From Yuukianura sp. NJ FZ-2021 (lineage: Eukaryota): a stretch of DNA of 64,000 nucleotides. Below the pieces are notes generated by a model. The model was not told the DNA's origin. It searched no databases and saw only the letters and a program-made list of their open reading frames with translations. How positions within the stretch are numbered: the stretch's first letter is position 1; each line of letters opens with the position of its first letter. A program made the translations under genes and the position numbers. Location: the NCBI GenBank assembly GCA_046563655.1, contig CM102284.1, forward strand, positions 8,308,001 to 8,372,000, in the 5' to 3' direction. Shown here piece by piece: positions 27,152 through 39,520 of this stretch.

Positions 27152-28185
27152 CCTGTTAGTTTTAGCACTAATTAATCAATTTTACTAATTAATTTTCCTG
27201 TCTAATTCACGGGTTGTTTCTTCAGCTCCTTTAGAACTCATAAAAATAATTGTACAGGTACGAATTGTATAAGTAAAACCGTATTTCGGAATTCTGGTGC
27301 TGGAATCTCATCATTTACGATTTTTCCAAGGAATTGCAAAAAAAGTGGGCGAAAATCTTGATTCGCGATTTTTTGTTGCAATTTTTTGGAGTAGGCGCTC
27401 TTGTGGCCCGGATGACAGGAGGCGCCAGCTTAATTTGTAAATTGGGATTTGCCAACAATATCCAATGCAAAGATAAAGGAATAAAAGACAGTAAAAAGTT
27501 GTCGACGTCGTCCGTTTTGGTCATCCTCTCTCGTCATTCCAGTTGGTTCTTCGTAAGTAACGGTGTTAATCATCGTATTAACGAAGTAGTAATCGATTAA
27601 TTCAACAACATTAACAGTAAAAGCAAAATCAACATTGAGACAACACACAAGTGCTAAACTTCTTGACTCGACACCTCCTTTCGTTCACTCTCCGACTGGT
27701 TGTCTCTGTCTGTCACCAATTCTGTTTTCTGTCATACAAAGTTAATCACTCATTCATACTACTTACATAATTAATCGGCTGACAGAGGAGCATCGGAGCA
27801 TCCGTCGTCACTGACAGTGACAAGGCAAGGTGACCGAAGCTTGACGAACAAACTTGCGAATCGAAAGGTACCGAACGTTTTCCGATTAGTTTTTAGTCAA
27901 TCAATTGTTTTTGTCTAAAGTTAGTTTCATAAATCAATTGATTGAGTTGACACTAATAAGTGAGCTGCTGTTCCTTAATGTTGGTCCAGTCATTGCCATT
28001 GTCATGCAGTCATTGACATTGACCTTGGCATAAGTCAGCTGTTGACATCTATTCCATACCAGCACCAGGCATAGCATTTTCAACAATGGTTCACATTATT
28101 AATGCCTTCATTAGTTACTAAATTGTTCTTTTCTTTTGTTTTCCAGTGTAATTCTACGATTGATTAACTGGAATTAGTAGGGCCA

Positions 28186-31100
28186 ATGCTACCACGGAAG
28201 ATAACAGGAAGCCAGTCTGCGGTGGTCATCCTGGCACAACTGGCCTTACTCCTAACGGGCAGCGGTGCCTTTTACTTACCCGGGTTAGCTCCCGTCAATT
28301 TTTGTCCTGAACAAAAAGCCACGGAATCATGCGAGGTAATCAGTACTTCACTTTAGTAAAAGCCAAAGCCCTCATTTATTAGTGTTAGTCATGATAATTT
28401 CGCAATTGGTTGTTCAATTTCTAGTCGAGAATCAACCTGTTCGTGAATCGTCTAAACTCTATCGAGTCTGTGATTCCGTTCGAATATCACTAGTAAGTCA
28501 TCGGACGGAGTTAACTTTTAATCAGTTTATGGAAAGTTATTTTTCTTATATTTTCTTTTCAGTTTCGACTTTTGTACTGTTGACGAAGGCGATTCTCCAG
28601 TGGAGAACCTGGGACAAGTCGTCTTTGGAGAACGGATACGTCCATCTCCGTACAAAGTAAGCATTGCTTCAAGTTTAATGTTGAAATCGGTGCTCTTCCA
28701 GCCCAAGATTCTATGTAAGTCATGCAATTCTGTGTGATTTCAGATGACATTCAAGAAAAACGAGGACTGTGTCAAGGTTTGTGATGCTAAACGGTATGAC
28801 CCCACTTCCAGACCACAGATGCTGGCATTGGACACTTTGAAAAATGCAATGAACCTCAACTATCAGCATCACTGGATTGTCGGTAAGTTCTAACCGATCT
28901 GAAACTATCTATCTCAAGCACGGGATCAATTGAAAATGAATTGCTTTAATTTCTTGTTTTCAGACAACATGCCTGTGACTTGGTGTTACTTGGCTGAGCA
29001 GCATCAGCAGTACTGCTCCACTGGCTTTCCAGTGGGTTGCTACATTGACAAAGAAGGAACAGTCAAAGATGCTTGTGGGCTGATCGAGGGGCAGTATCGT
29101 GAGAAAGACACTTACTATATCTTCAACCACGTTGACATCCGCATCCAGTATCACTCTGCTACTGCTGCTGAGTGGGGAAGTCAAGCTGATCCGGAATCCG
29201 GACGAATCGTCTGTAAGATCCCAGATTCAACTTATCTTTTCATAAAGAAACTAAACCGATTATGAAAAAGTTTGTTTTCATTTCAGCTGTGAAAGTTGAC
29301 ATCAGAAGTATTGATCACCGGGACAAAGTGAAACCCGACTCATGTGACTCTCCTTCACGGCCAATGAAAATTCCAGGCCCCAGACTCACGGCTCCTCTCG
29401 AAATTCTGTACACCTACAGCGTCAATTTCGAAGTGAGCTAAGCAGTTTGTCGATTGATGAATTTTGTCAAGTTTTTCCGATTTCTGAAATGTTTGATGTG
29501 TGTTTTAGGAAAACAACCAAGTGAAATGGTCGTCTCGGTGGGACTACATTCTTGAATCGATGCCCCACTCCAACATCCAATGGTTCTCCATCCTCAACTC
29601 TTTGGTTATTGTTCTCTTTCTGTCTGGAATGGTCGCCATGATTCTGCTCAGAACTCTACACAAAGACATCGCTCGCTACAACCAGGCGAGTACAAAGAAC
29701 CTTTTTGTTTCGTACAATTTTGAGTGTTGTATGAATTGTGTTATGATTTGATCAATTTGTAAGAAGATCGAGTCAGGCGAAGATGCCCAAGAAGAGTTCG
29801 GCTGGAAGCTGGTCCACGGAGACGTTTTTCGACCACCGAGAAAAGGCATGCTGCTCTCCGTTTTCCTTGGATCTGGAGTTCAAGTGTTGGCCATGAGTGT
29901 CATAACGTTGGGTAATAAAAATTCTCAAATTCTGAGTTTTTGAAAATTGAAAATTTTGAAAATATTTTGAAATTATGTTTTGTAGCGTTCGCTTGTTTGG
30001 GATTTCTGTCACCGGCTAACCGTGGTTCACTGATGACCTGTGCTCTGGTTTTGTACGTCTGCCTGGGCACTCCTGCTGGCTACGTTTCTGCTCGGATCTA
30101 CAAAAGTTTTGGCGGAGAAAAGTGGAAGTCCAATGTCATCTTGACCTCAATCGTCTGCCCGGGGTGAGAAATAAAGCAAGATGTTGTGTAGCTTTTTAAT
30201 TTTGGTGTGATTTTGACTATTTTTTCGAATTTCGTGTGATTTTGAATGTAAATTGTTGGCTTTTAGGACTGTATTTGGGATTTTCTTTGTGATGAATTTG
30301 ATCCTGTGGACAAACAAGAGTTCTGCTGCTATTCCGTTTTCGACTCTGGTTGCCCTTCTTGCGCTTTGGTTCGGTGTGTCTGTTCCTTTGACCTTCGTTG
30401 GAGCATACTTTGGATTCAGAAAGAGAATCATTGAACATCCAGTCAGAACGAACCAAATACCAAGACAAATCCCTGAACAGAGTGTCTACACTCAGGCAGC
30501 GGTAAGAAATTAGTTGAAACTTTAGCTAACTTAAAAAAAAAGTTCATAATTTTACAAATATTTTGTGTTTTGTAGCCTGGAATTATCATGGGAGGGGTTC
30601 TGCCTTTCGGATGCATTTTCATTCAACTCTTCTTCATCCTCAATTCAATCTGGTGGGTTTACACTTTTTGAAAATGTGAAATCCGTGATTTTAAAATTTT
30701 GAATTTTGAAAATTTTAAATTTTGAAAACTTAAGATTTTGAATTTTGGAAATTTTTCTGTTTTAGGTCTAGTCAAATGTACTACATGTTCGGATTTCTGT
30801 TTCTGGTATTTGTTATCTTGGTCATCACTTGTTCGGAGACGACGATTCTCTTGTGCTATTTCCACTTGTGCTCTGAGGTAACTTTCTTTCAAAATTTTGA
30901 AAAATTTTTAAGTTTTTCTAAAAAAGTTGAATTTTGGTTTTGTTTTTAGGACTACCGTTGGTGGTGGCGAAGTTTCCTAACTTCTGGATTCACCGCCTTC
31001 TATTTATTCCTGTACTGCCTCCACTACTTTGTGACTAAACTGAACATCTCTGGAGCTGCATCCACTCTGCTCTACTTTGGATACACCCTCATCATGGTCT

Positions 31101-31285
31101 TTCTCTTCTTCCTCCTCACAGGTCAATTAACTAATTAATTAACTCATTTATATACTAATTCATTAATTTATACACTAATTAATTAATTTACACCAAACTT
31201 CTCATTTCAATTCCCAGGAACGATTGGATTTTTCGCCTGCTTTTGGTTCGTACGAAAAATCTACAGCGTAGTCAAAGTGGATTGA
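28186..31285 (+). CDS. TM9SF2: Transmembrane 9 superfamily member 2 (nonaspanin)
   Basis: Signal peptide then [92 protein letters not shown] and a C-terminal VKVD* (KxD). Confidence 0.96.
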
Positions 31286-31505
31286 GCAGCAATTTTTTTC
31301 AACTTCAAAACAATACCACCATTCTACATCACTTGGAAAAACGAAACCAAGGAATAAGTTAATCGATTAATTTAAAATCATTCTAACTTGTACATTTAAA
31401 TTAAATTCCTTCCTGAGTATTACTTGACCCTTACACAATTCACAAGGTCACTTTCAATTTAAACTCAATTTAATGCATTTTGTGTGATTTTTGAATAGTT
31501 TTTGC

Positions 31506-33987
31506 TTAGTTAGTTTTGTTGATTCCCCATTTGCTTCTCATAGCACGAAGGTCTTTGAGCATTTCTTGGTCCTTTTCACTCATGTCTTTTGTAAATTCAA
31601 TTTCAGGAAGCATAAATTTCAGCGGTTGGTAAGTAAACGAAGGCGACATGATCTTTGATCCAGGAATATCGTCAGTCTGAACTTCAATTGTTTTGGCCTT
31701 CGTCCGCGGTCCGGTTCCTGTTGATGTCGACACTTTACCGCCTGTTGGTTTCGTTCGAGTACCGCCAATCTGTGGAGCTGGAATGGTCTGATCGGTATCG
31801 TGTTTCGGTTTCACCGGTTTTTTGGGTTGGAACAATCCGTCATTTGTAGGAAAATTGAAACCGTCGTCTCCACTGACCTTCATTGGTGACAAAATATTGT
31901 TCATCTCCTCCGTCAACTTGAGCATCTGAGTTTGCTGGTCTCTGGGCGACTTGGATTTGAGAATTGTGCTGACATCGAACTTGAGTCCCATGTTTTTGGC
32001 CAGGTCACGTGCCCTGACACCGCCTGAGGCAGGACTGCCAGGATTAGACTGGCGAGGAGAGCGACTGTTGACAGAAGCAACGCGGGTCATCAGTGATCCA
32101 ACGTTTTTGGCTACAGCTCCAGCCTCTTCTAACGTTTTTACGGAACTACTCAGTTTTTTCTGGAAGACTTCGGGTGACACGGCAGTTGAGTAAGATGGAC
32201 CGACGTTAGACTTTCGCGGAGACTTTGACACTTTACCAACTGTAGGATTTTTGGTTTCTTTGTTCATTTCGTCCAAATACTCAGCAAATTGGAGTGACGG
32301 AGCCTTTTTCTCACCGCGGCGAAAAGCAATTGGTTGTTCCAGTTCTTCGATTTTCTTTTTGGCAAAGTCCAGTGGATGTGGAATGGTCGATGGGAGTGAC
32401 GATTCTTGGTCGTTTTCAAAGTTGTGACCGCCGCGGTGAAGCAACTGCCGCAGTTCAATCAAACCGCTGCTGAGCCGTGGACTGTGACTGGTCAGTGCTT
32501 TCGGTTTCCCCAAAAATGGCTTTCCTACTCCAGCAGTCTTTGTCACGACACTTCCCTGAAAATTTAAAAAATTGATCAGCTGTTTCAAAAAAAAAAACGA
32601 TTTTTTTAAATGAGAAAACGACATGACCTTTGTGACCTGAGACGGATTTTTAGCTGGAGATTTTTCTCTTCCAGGAAGCCGGATGACTTCGTTTGGATCT
32701 CTCGCGGAAGACTCCAAAGACTGACGAAAAATCCGGGCAATTTCGTTGAGTTTTGCGTTTTCTTGGGCTTTTTTACGAAGTAAAAAGTTTCCCGCCTTTT
32801 GACCTGCCGCTGCCGACAGTTTTGCGGTTGGTGGCATTCCAGTGGAGGTGATTGACCTTGCAGGGAGTTTGAGTGACCCTGCCTGGTACTCTTGGAACTT
32901 ACGACGTTGTTCCTGGATTCGACTCTGCAGAGAAGTAATCGATTTGTCCACCATCTTGGATTTCTCACTTGAATTTCCAGCCGCAGCGCCACCTAACGGA
33001 ATTCCCGCTGATTTTGACTTTGTGACGTTTCTGGTTTCCCGCGAAAAAAATCCAAATTTGTTTACATTTTGAATTTGTGGCGGAAGTAAGGATTAACGAA
33101 AATTATTGTAATTAGTCGCACAGCGTAGCCACTCCGCCATTTTTAGTGGCAACAATAGGTGGTTACACCTGAGTCGCAACTGGAGTAGCCACGTTAACTT
33201 AAAGTGGCAACAGAAACCGCCGGACAGTGTAGGCACCCATTGCAGCCACTAAAAACGTCGGAGTGGCTTCACTGTGGGGTTCCAATGACGTTCGTCAAAC
33301 GTTACCCCAACCGTTTCTTTGTTGCTGTGTCAGCTGTACTTTGTTTACCTGAAGCCGAATCCAATGTTTGTCTGGAGATCTCCCTTGATCTGCGCACTGA
33401 CCTTCAAGAGGTCACCACGCAATCGGTCCGAAGTGCTCCCAAAAACAGTGTCCTTGTCCCCCCGGGGACTCTCAGCGGATTTCTTGGACACCTTCTTCTT
33501 AACTCCGCCGACAGAAGAACCGCGAACAGATTTTGGCTCTGCAAGGACTCCCTCAAGGGCTCTGGACATGCTCACATCGTCTTTGAAGTGACCAGCCAGA
33601 GTGGCCAGTGATGGAAGATCATCCAGGTTGAAACTTTTGATACCCTTGGCAGGGTTCCAGTCCGTCTTTGCCAGTTGACCTCTTCTGACCTTGCCTCTGG
33701 GAGATACATAAGTGACCTCGTCCAATCCAGCTGCAGCCGTCGAAAGATAACTCATTTCCGGATCATCGTCTTTTGGTAAGTCGAATTTTACTCCACTAGA
33801 TTTCTTGCGTCTCACTTCTGGCTTGTCAAACATCTCCCCAAGAAGGGAATCTTGACCTTTGACCTCCAAGGTCGCCGTGGAAAAATTTGCATTAGTTTGA
33901 GCTCTTTCTAGAAAGTCAATCAAAAACGAAGTTACATTTTCAGGTCAAAATTCAAAGTGATACTTATAAGTTTTACTCACTTTTCAT
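31506..33987 (-). CDS. Uncharacterised basic, disordered protein with many SP[RK] sites; 4 exons
   Basis: Exons 33981-33987, about 33349-33908, 32628-33030 and 31506-32555 join in phase via GT-AG introns. No recognisable family. Confidence 0.7.
33119..33276. mobile_element. MITE-like foldback element in an intron
   Basis: Imperfect terminal inverted repeats of about 52 bp (CACAGCGTAGCCACTCCGCCATTTTTAGTGGC... / ...GCCACTAAAAACGTCGGAGTGGCTTCACTGTG). No clear TSD. Confidence 0.6.
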
Positions 33988-34394
33988 TCTGATTTGGTCC
34001 AATTAATCGATTAATTAATTGAAAACACACGTCTGCACACTGACGATTGTGATTGAATTTGATTTTTGAAACAACTTTTAGCCGTTTTGAATTTTTATTT
34101 AAATAACAAAATAGTAACGTTAAATATCAGTTAACTACTCGACTTGTACTTGAACGGTTGCCTTGGTAACCTTGTTTGATTTTTTAAACCACATTTTGGA
34201 AGTTCGATTTTTTAAAAAAACGAAAAAAAAAAGCGCTTGAATTTATGTGTTTTTTTTTGGACCAAGAACGCGTGGGAAACTGCCAATTTTTGAAATAGTC
34301 CATTTCGGGAGTTGTCAAAATTTTATTGAGCGACGCCGTGCAACGTTTAGAAATTTTGAAATTTAGGAAAGATTAGAAATTGAATTTTTGAAAT

Positions 34395-37300
34395 TTAGAA
34401 AATGGAAAGCGAAACAGAAGATTCTTGTGAAATGGCTCGGAGTAGTTCGAGTAGTCTGGATTTGTCTTGTTCTAAAACACTTCTTTCCAATTGTAAATCT
34501 AGAATCGCTTCTTTTTCCTCCACTTGTTCACTTTCAGTCGGTTTTCGTTTTTGAAACGGTTTTAAAATTCCATGAAAACATCCATTGTTATTTTTGAGTG
34601 CAAAGCGGAACTTGCGTAGATTTGTCATGCTTCTAGACGACGCAAATGAGCTCATGAGGGTCGCTTTTTTAGCCAACTTGTTCAGTTCTTGTATCAAAAT
34701 GCTCAGTTGCTGAAAAGTTTTGAACAAATGAAGTCTCTGTTTCGTTTCTAACGATTTTTGATCGTTTTGTGCCTCCAGAAGATTGAGTAAAGCGAGGTCA
34801 ACTGCGTAGCCAATCAGAAGAGCTCCAAAGTCAAGGTCACGACCTCTCTCTAGCTGCTTGACCCCTTCGAGAAAAGTGACTAGGGCCTTGTAGTACTTGG
34901 GGGGTACTTTGACCCCTTCAGTTGTATTCAGGGCCCTTAGAGAAGTACTGCCAGTGGTTATAATGGAGTCGATTTCAGCAAAAGCTTTGAGCAGCGATCC
35001 GTGAGCCGCTGCAGCCGGAAGTACTGAAGCGATGGGCACCGTGACCTCTTGACCTTTGTGTTTTTGAGGCTGTCCAATGTAGAGAGTAGACGCAGAGTCA
35101 GGTAGAGGAGTTGACTTGACTAATTCTCGGATGCAGTCGTGAATCATTCGAGTGGCCACGACGAAAGAGTTGCACATTGGGAGCAGAATGCTAGAAAATA
35201 CGCTGATTTGTCGGAGAGCGTGATACTTTTTGGGTGAAATGGTGGCAGTAGCTTCCTTGTCCAGTTTAGAATACTTGCCAACTAGGAAGAGTTCGCCCAA
35301 GGTCATGAGTTGGAGAAGAAGGCGGTTGAAGAAGTACTTGGAAGTGATGAGTCGAGAAGTGACGAGTGAGGCGTGTTGGTTGTGCATCAAAAGAAGGTTT
35401 CCGGTGGAGATGGGGTCAAGGTCATCTTGCATTCGAGTGGCTGTGAGAATCGTGCTGACCCCGTTGACCCCGTAGGTCATGCGTAGACTCATGTCGTGGA
35501 GGTGGATTTCCTGGAAGAGGTGCGCAGTAGTGGCGCCGAGTTTTACTTTTAACTGATTCGGACTAAGTTCGGATGAGTATCGCAAGTAGTGGGGACCAGG
35601 AAAATTTCTAGAAAAAAAAAAGTTCAAAAAATTTTCCGGAAAATTCTCAACAAAAATTTCTGGAAACGCTCCAAAAAAAAAAAAAAGAAATTCGGAAAAA
35701 CTTCAAAAAATTTCCGGAAAACCGGCACAAAATTTTTCAGGAAAATATTCACAAAAAAAAATTCCGGAAAAGCTTCTTCACAAAATTTTCCGGAAAAACT
35801 TTTTCAGAAAATTTTCCGGAAAAACTTCTTCAAGCAATAAGTTTCGGAAAACTTGATCAATTTTTTTTTTTGAATTTGGAAATTGTGTCGGTAGACTTAC
35901 GCTTGTCCAGCACTGGTTTCCGTAAGTTGGAGTTCTTGAACAGCAACTGCTGACTGCTCAACTTTTGGTGACCCTTGACCTTCAGCCGTGTCACCAGCAG
36001 ATTCTGAAGTTGAGAGGTCAATTCCAGATGATTCAATTTCTGAAAAATCTGGGTCAAGGTCATTCGGCACGTAATTTGTAAACTGAGAGTCGTAGGCATC
36101 CGAAGCCCGAATATGTCCAAGAATTGACCCATAAGCAGCACTGTAAGTTTCCATGAGATGCAGCAGCGATTCCTTGTCACCGTTGTGTTCGGTGCTACTT
36201 TTGACCAGGTCAATGACCTGCTGCAATTGATCTGACCCCAGAAGCTCAACTGCTCCTAAAAGCATCGGGGATTCAAGCGATTCTGTGCCGGCCTTCTGCG
36301 CTGCCAGAATCGCTGCGATCATGTGGACAGCCGAACTGACTTTTCTGTCCCATAGAACTTCTTGTGGGTCATCGTCAAGGTCAATGTAAAAGTTTTCTGG
36401 AAGGGAGTCCATCACCGATGGATCGGCTGACACTCCCCAGGCCGATGCATCGGCTGAAACGCCCATTGCAGAGGTCAAACTCTGGTTGCTATCGTTATCC
36501 GGAATGTCAGCATCCGAATCTCTCTGAAAATCTTCGACCGAATTTTTGTCAAGGTCGAATTCCACTGAAGGGCGATGACGAGTTTGACTTTCTTGGTGGA
36601 CAGTCGCCAGTGCCGAAGTTTGCACTTCCATGTCCGTAGATTTTTTAGCCAGAAAATCGTCGTCGATTTTCAGAAAATCTTCGTCGACAGAATCTTCGAT
36701 TGTCAGAAAATCTTCGTCGACAGAATCGTGGATTTTCAGAAAATCTTCGTCGACAGAATCTTCGATTGTCCGAAAATCTTCGTTGACAGAATCGTCGATT
36801 TTTAGAAAATCGTCCTTGATTGTATCATCTTGGGCGCTAGAAGCTGTTTTAGAATTTGCTTTTGAAACTTCGGTCGAACTTGTTCCGGTTTTCGAACCGA
36901 CGCGTTTCGTTCTTAAATTTTTCGGTTGTGAAGTTGACGTGCGTGAAGGTGACGTTGAAGCGACGCTAGAATTTGATTGTTTCGATGTACTTCGTTTAAC
37001 TCTAGATGTAACTCTAGATGCTGAAATTATGAATTTCAAAAATTTTGGTTTTGAAAATTTGGAATTTTGTCAAAATTTTGAGTTACCGATGATTCCTGGA
37101 ACGTAAAAGTCTCTTAGCAGTTGATACTCTTGGTGAGTAACGAAAGTTTCAAAGGCTTTTCCAGTCAATTTCAATTTTCCATCAACGTCTATGAAATCTT
37201 CTATTCGGTAAGGAGAATTTGTGTCCATTCGCCTTGACCTGTGACCTTTCTTCCCTCCTGGACTTTGTTCTAGAACTCTAAAAATCAAAATTTCGGTTTT

Positions 37301-38064
37301 TAGAATTCAAATTTTTATTATTTTTGAAAACATTCCCTACTTGACTTTGTATCTTCCAGGCCACACTTTCCGATTTCCAGTTGATTTTCTGTTGGCCTTT
37401 TTTGAGGAACTCGAGCCCTGGAAATCGGCCGAACTCGGAAAAGCCGAAACGCTGATTCTGCTGGGATAATCGGAAGGATTTGCACTGGAGTCAATGAGTT
37501 GTGCTTCTGATGTTGTTGATAAAAGTCCAAAATCCTGCGCAGAAGCAGTGAAAAACGGTCCTTGCGCAGCATCAGCATTTTGTGCTGGATCAGCATTTTG
37601 TGCTGGATCAATTGGTTCTAGCTCTATCAAAAGAGTGGCTTCTTCTGCCTCGATAATTTCCGGTACTGGTGGTGCATCTCTGCTTTCCGTTTCATGGCTA
37701 ATTCAATTTCAAAAAGTTTCGTTTTTCAAGAAACGAAGTTTCGTTCTTCAAAAAAAAATTGTTTTTCAAAATTTTTGAAGCTTTACACTTCTGAAGAGAG
37801 GTGTTGGCTGTCTAGAGTGGGCTGAAACCATGTCACTGCAACTGGTCGGCTAACGCTGTTTTCAGCTCGAGATCGCGTTCTCGGTGCATTTTGATTGGCT
37901 GTTGAAGGGAATGCTGAATTTTGATTGGTTGTTGAAGGGAATGCTGAGCTGGAACGTGGAGTTACGACATTTGAAGCGACGTGCTGCCTGGGTGTTGAAC
38001 GGCCACTACGCTGCTGTGGTTTCGTTTTCCTCCGGCGACTGGAAGCATTTGTACTCTCCATCAT
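34395..38064 (-). CDS. Uncharacterised ~1050-aa protein: long low-complexity N-terminus and helical C-terminal domain, possibly a diverged dynactin p150-Glued-like domain; 5 exons
   Basis: Exons 37787-38064, 37341-37697, 37087-37277, 35901-37020 and 34395-35607 have consistent phases (2,2,1,2) and GT-AG ends. The gene model is well supported; the homology call is tentative. Confidence 0.7.
35610..35850. repeat. Periodic AAAATTTTCCGGA-type intronic repeat
   Basis: Repeated A-tract/TTCCGG units fill most of the 35608-35900 intron. Confidence 0.7.
36651..36814 (-). repeat. Coding 33-bp tandem repeat (DEDFLKIDDSV x~5)
   Basis: AGAAAATCTTCGTCGACAGAATC.. units repeat every 33 bp and translate to 11-aa acidic repeats. 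Confidence 0.9.
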
Positions 38065-38770
38065 GTCATTCTAACCAAAAAATTTTCAGTCTAGGTCAAA
38101 GGTCATTCTCCACTCTAACAATTTTGTGCAACGCTGTAATGGCGTCAAAGCGTAACTTTTTTTTTGTAACTTTTGATTTTTTAAATGCTCATAAGTCAAA
38201 TTGTTACGTTTATGCAGATCTTGTCTCAGAAGTCTTGGAAACACTAAATTTCTAAATCTTTGTTAAATTCGATTTTTTTTTGTCTTTTTTATTTTCTGCA
38301 ACTTTTTAAGCCCTTTCCAATCGTTTTCCGCATATTTTTTTTGAGACATTTAGTTTAGCGTTTTTAGAATCTGAAGACGCTGGGATGAGGGTGTTGTAGT
38401 ACGATGGTGTTAAAAAGTGTACTTTTACTTTCAACCACTTTACTCCAAGTACATGACTTTTTTTGTGTGTCGGGGGTTGAATTCCATTGTATTTTCCCAT
38501 TCTGCAACAATGAGCTAAGACCATAGTCATAGTATAAGATCTTCTTCCATGAGAATATCCTCAATCCCCTCATAAAGTCCTCCTATTCCTCTTTTCCAAA
38601 TCCTCATTACCCCTCATCTTTAAGTATGCCAATAAGAAACGATTTACCAAAAAAAACATGAAAACTTTTAAATTGGAACTATGAATTCTATTTTCTGAAT
38701 TTTGGGTTTTCACTCTTTTTTGAATTTCATCAAGAACAAAACATTAAAGAAAATAGTTTTGTTTAAATGA

Positions 38771-38959
38771 GACGCCAGTTGAAATTTTATTTTTGTGAGA
38801 TAGGAGAATTCTTATGTGGAGAAGGAGAATTTTCTCCCATGTATTTTTCCTATCTCGTTCCCTATCTCGCGCAATGATACTTGCTTGAACCAATGGAAAT
38901 CAGCTCCAAACCTCCATGTATTTCTCCTATCTCAAACTTTTAATTTTTTATCTGGCGTC
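38771..38959. mobile_element. MITE-like element with imperfect TIRs
   Basis: Left end GACGCCAGTTGAAATTTTATTTTTGTGAGATAGGAGAA versus reverse complement of the right end GACGCCAGATAAAAAATTAAAAGTTTGAGATAGGAGAA. Extra internal CCTATCTC copies. Confidence 0.55.
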
Positions 38960-39520
38960 GAGTTTATTCCTATTTCAATTTTAATTTGAAAATTAGTTTT
39001 GGAATATTTTATTTTTTGTAATGTTGGATATTGCCAATTCCGACTTTTAGATTTGGTTTTGAGGATTTTGACATGACTTTTCTTGTTTTTGAGGATTTTG
39101 GCTTTCGCAATTGTGAAGACATCCTCAAATCATGTGCAGATCTCTGTATGGCTGATTGAGAAGGAAAAGGTGATCTGCAGGAGCTCCCACCTGAATCTTC
39201 ACTCTTTTTATACTTGTGTTCAGCAGACGACAGACAAAACAGTCATCATTCTGCACAGCATTTTGCACAATTTCCACAAAAGTTGTTCTTCTGTGGACCA
39301 ACTTCTTCCGCGTGTCTTCTTGTCAGTCACTCTTCCTCTCTTCGTCATTTTATCACAAAATCTTATTTTACATTTCCTTAAACCACTCTGCACTTCACTT
39401 TTCCAAATTTCAGTTTTCTAGTTTCAAAATTTCAATTTTAAGTGTGCCGGAAACCTCGTTATGAAATTCGTGTGATATTTGTGGCCATACACACCTCTAA
39501 GTTTAGTTTTTGCAGTCAAA

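Noticed and set aside
32556-32627. Continuous 482-aa ORF read through VMSFSHLKKSFFFLKQLINFLNFQ
   Set aside because: This is a 72-nt in-frame GT-AG intron with typical T/A tracts, most likely spliced out.
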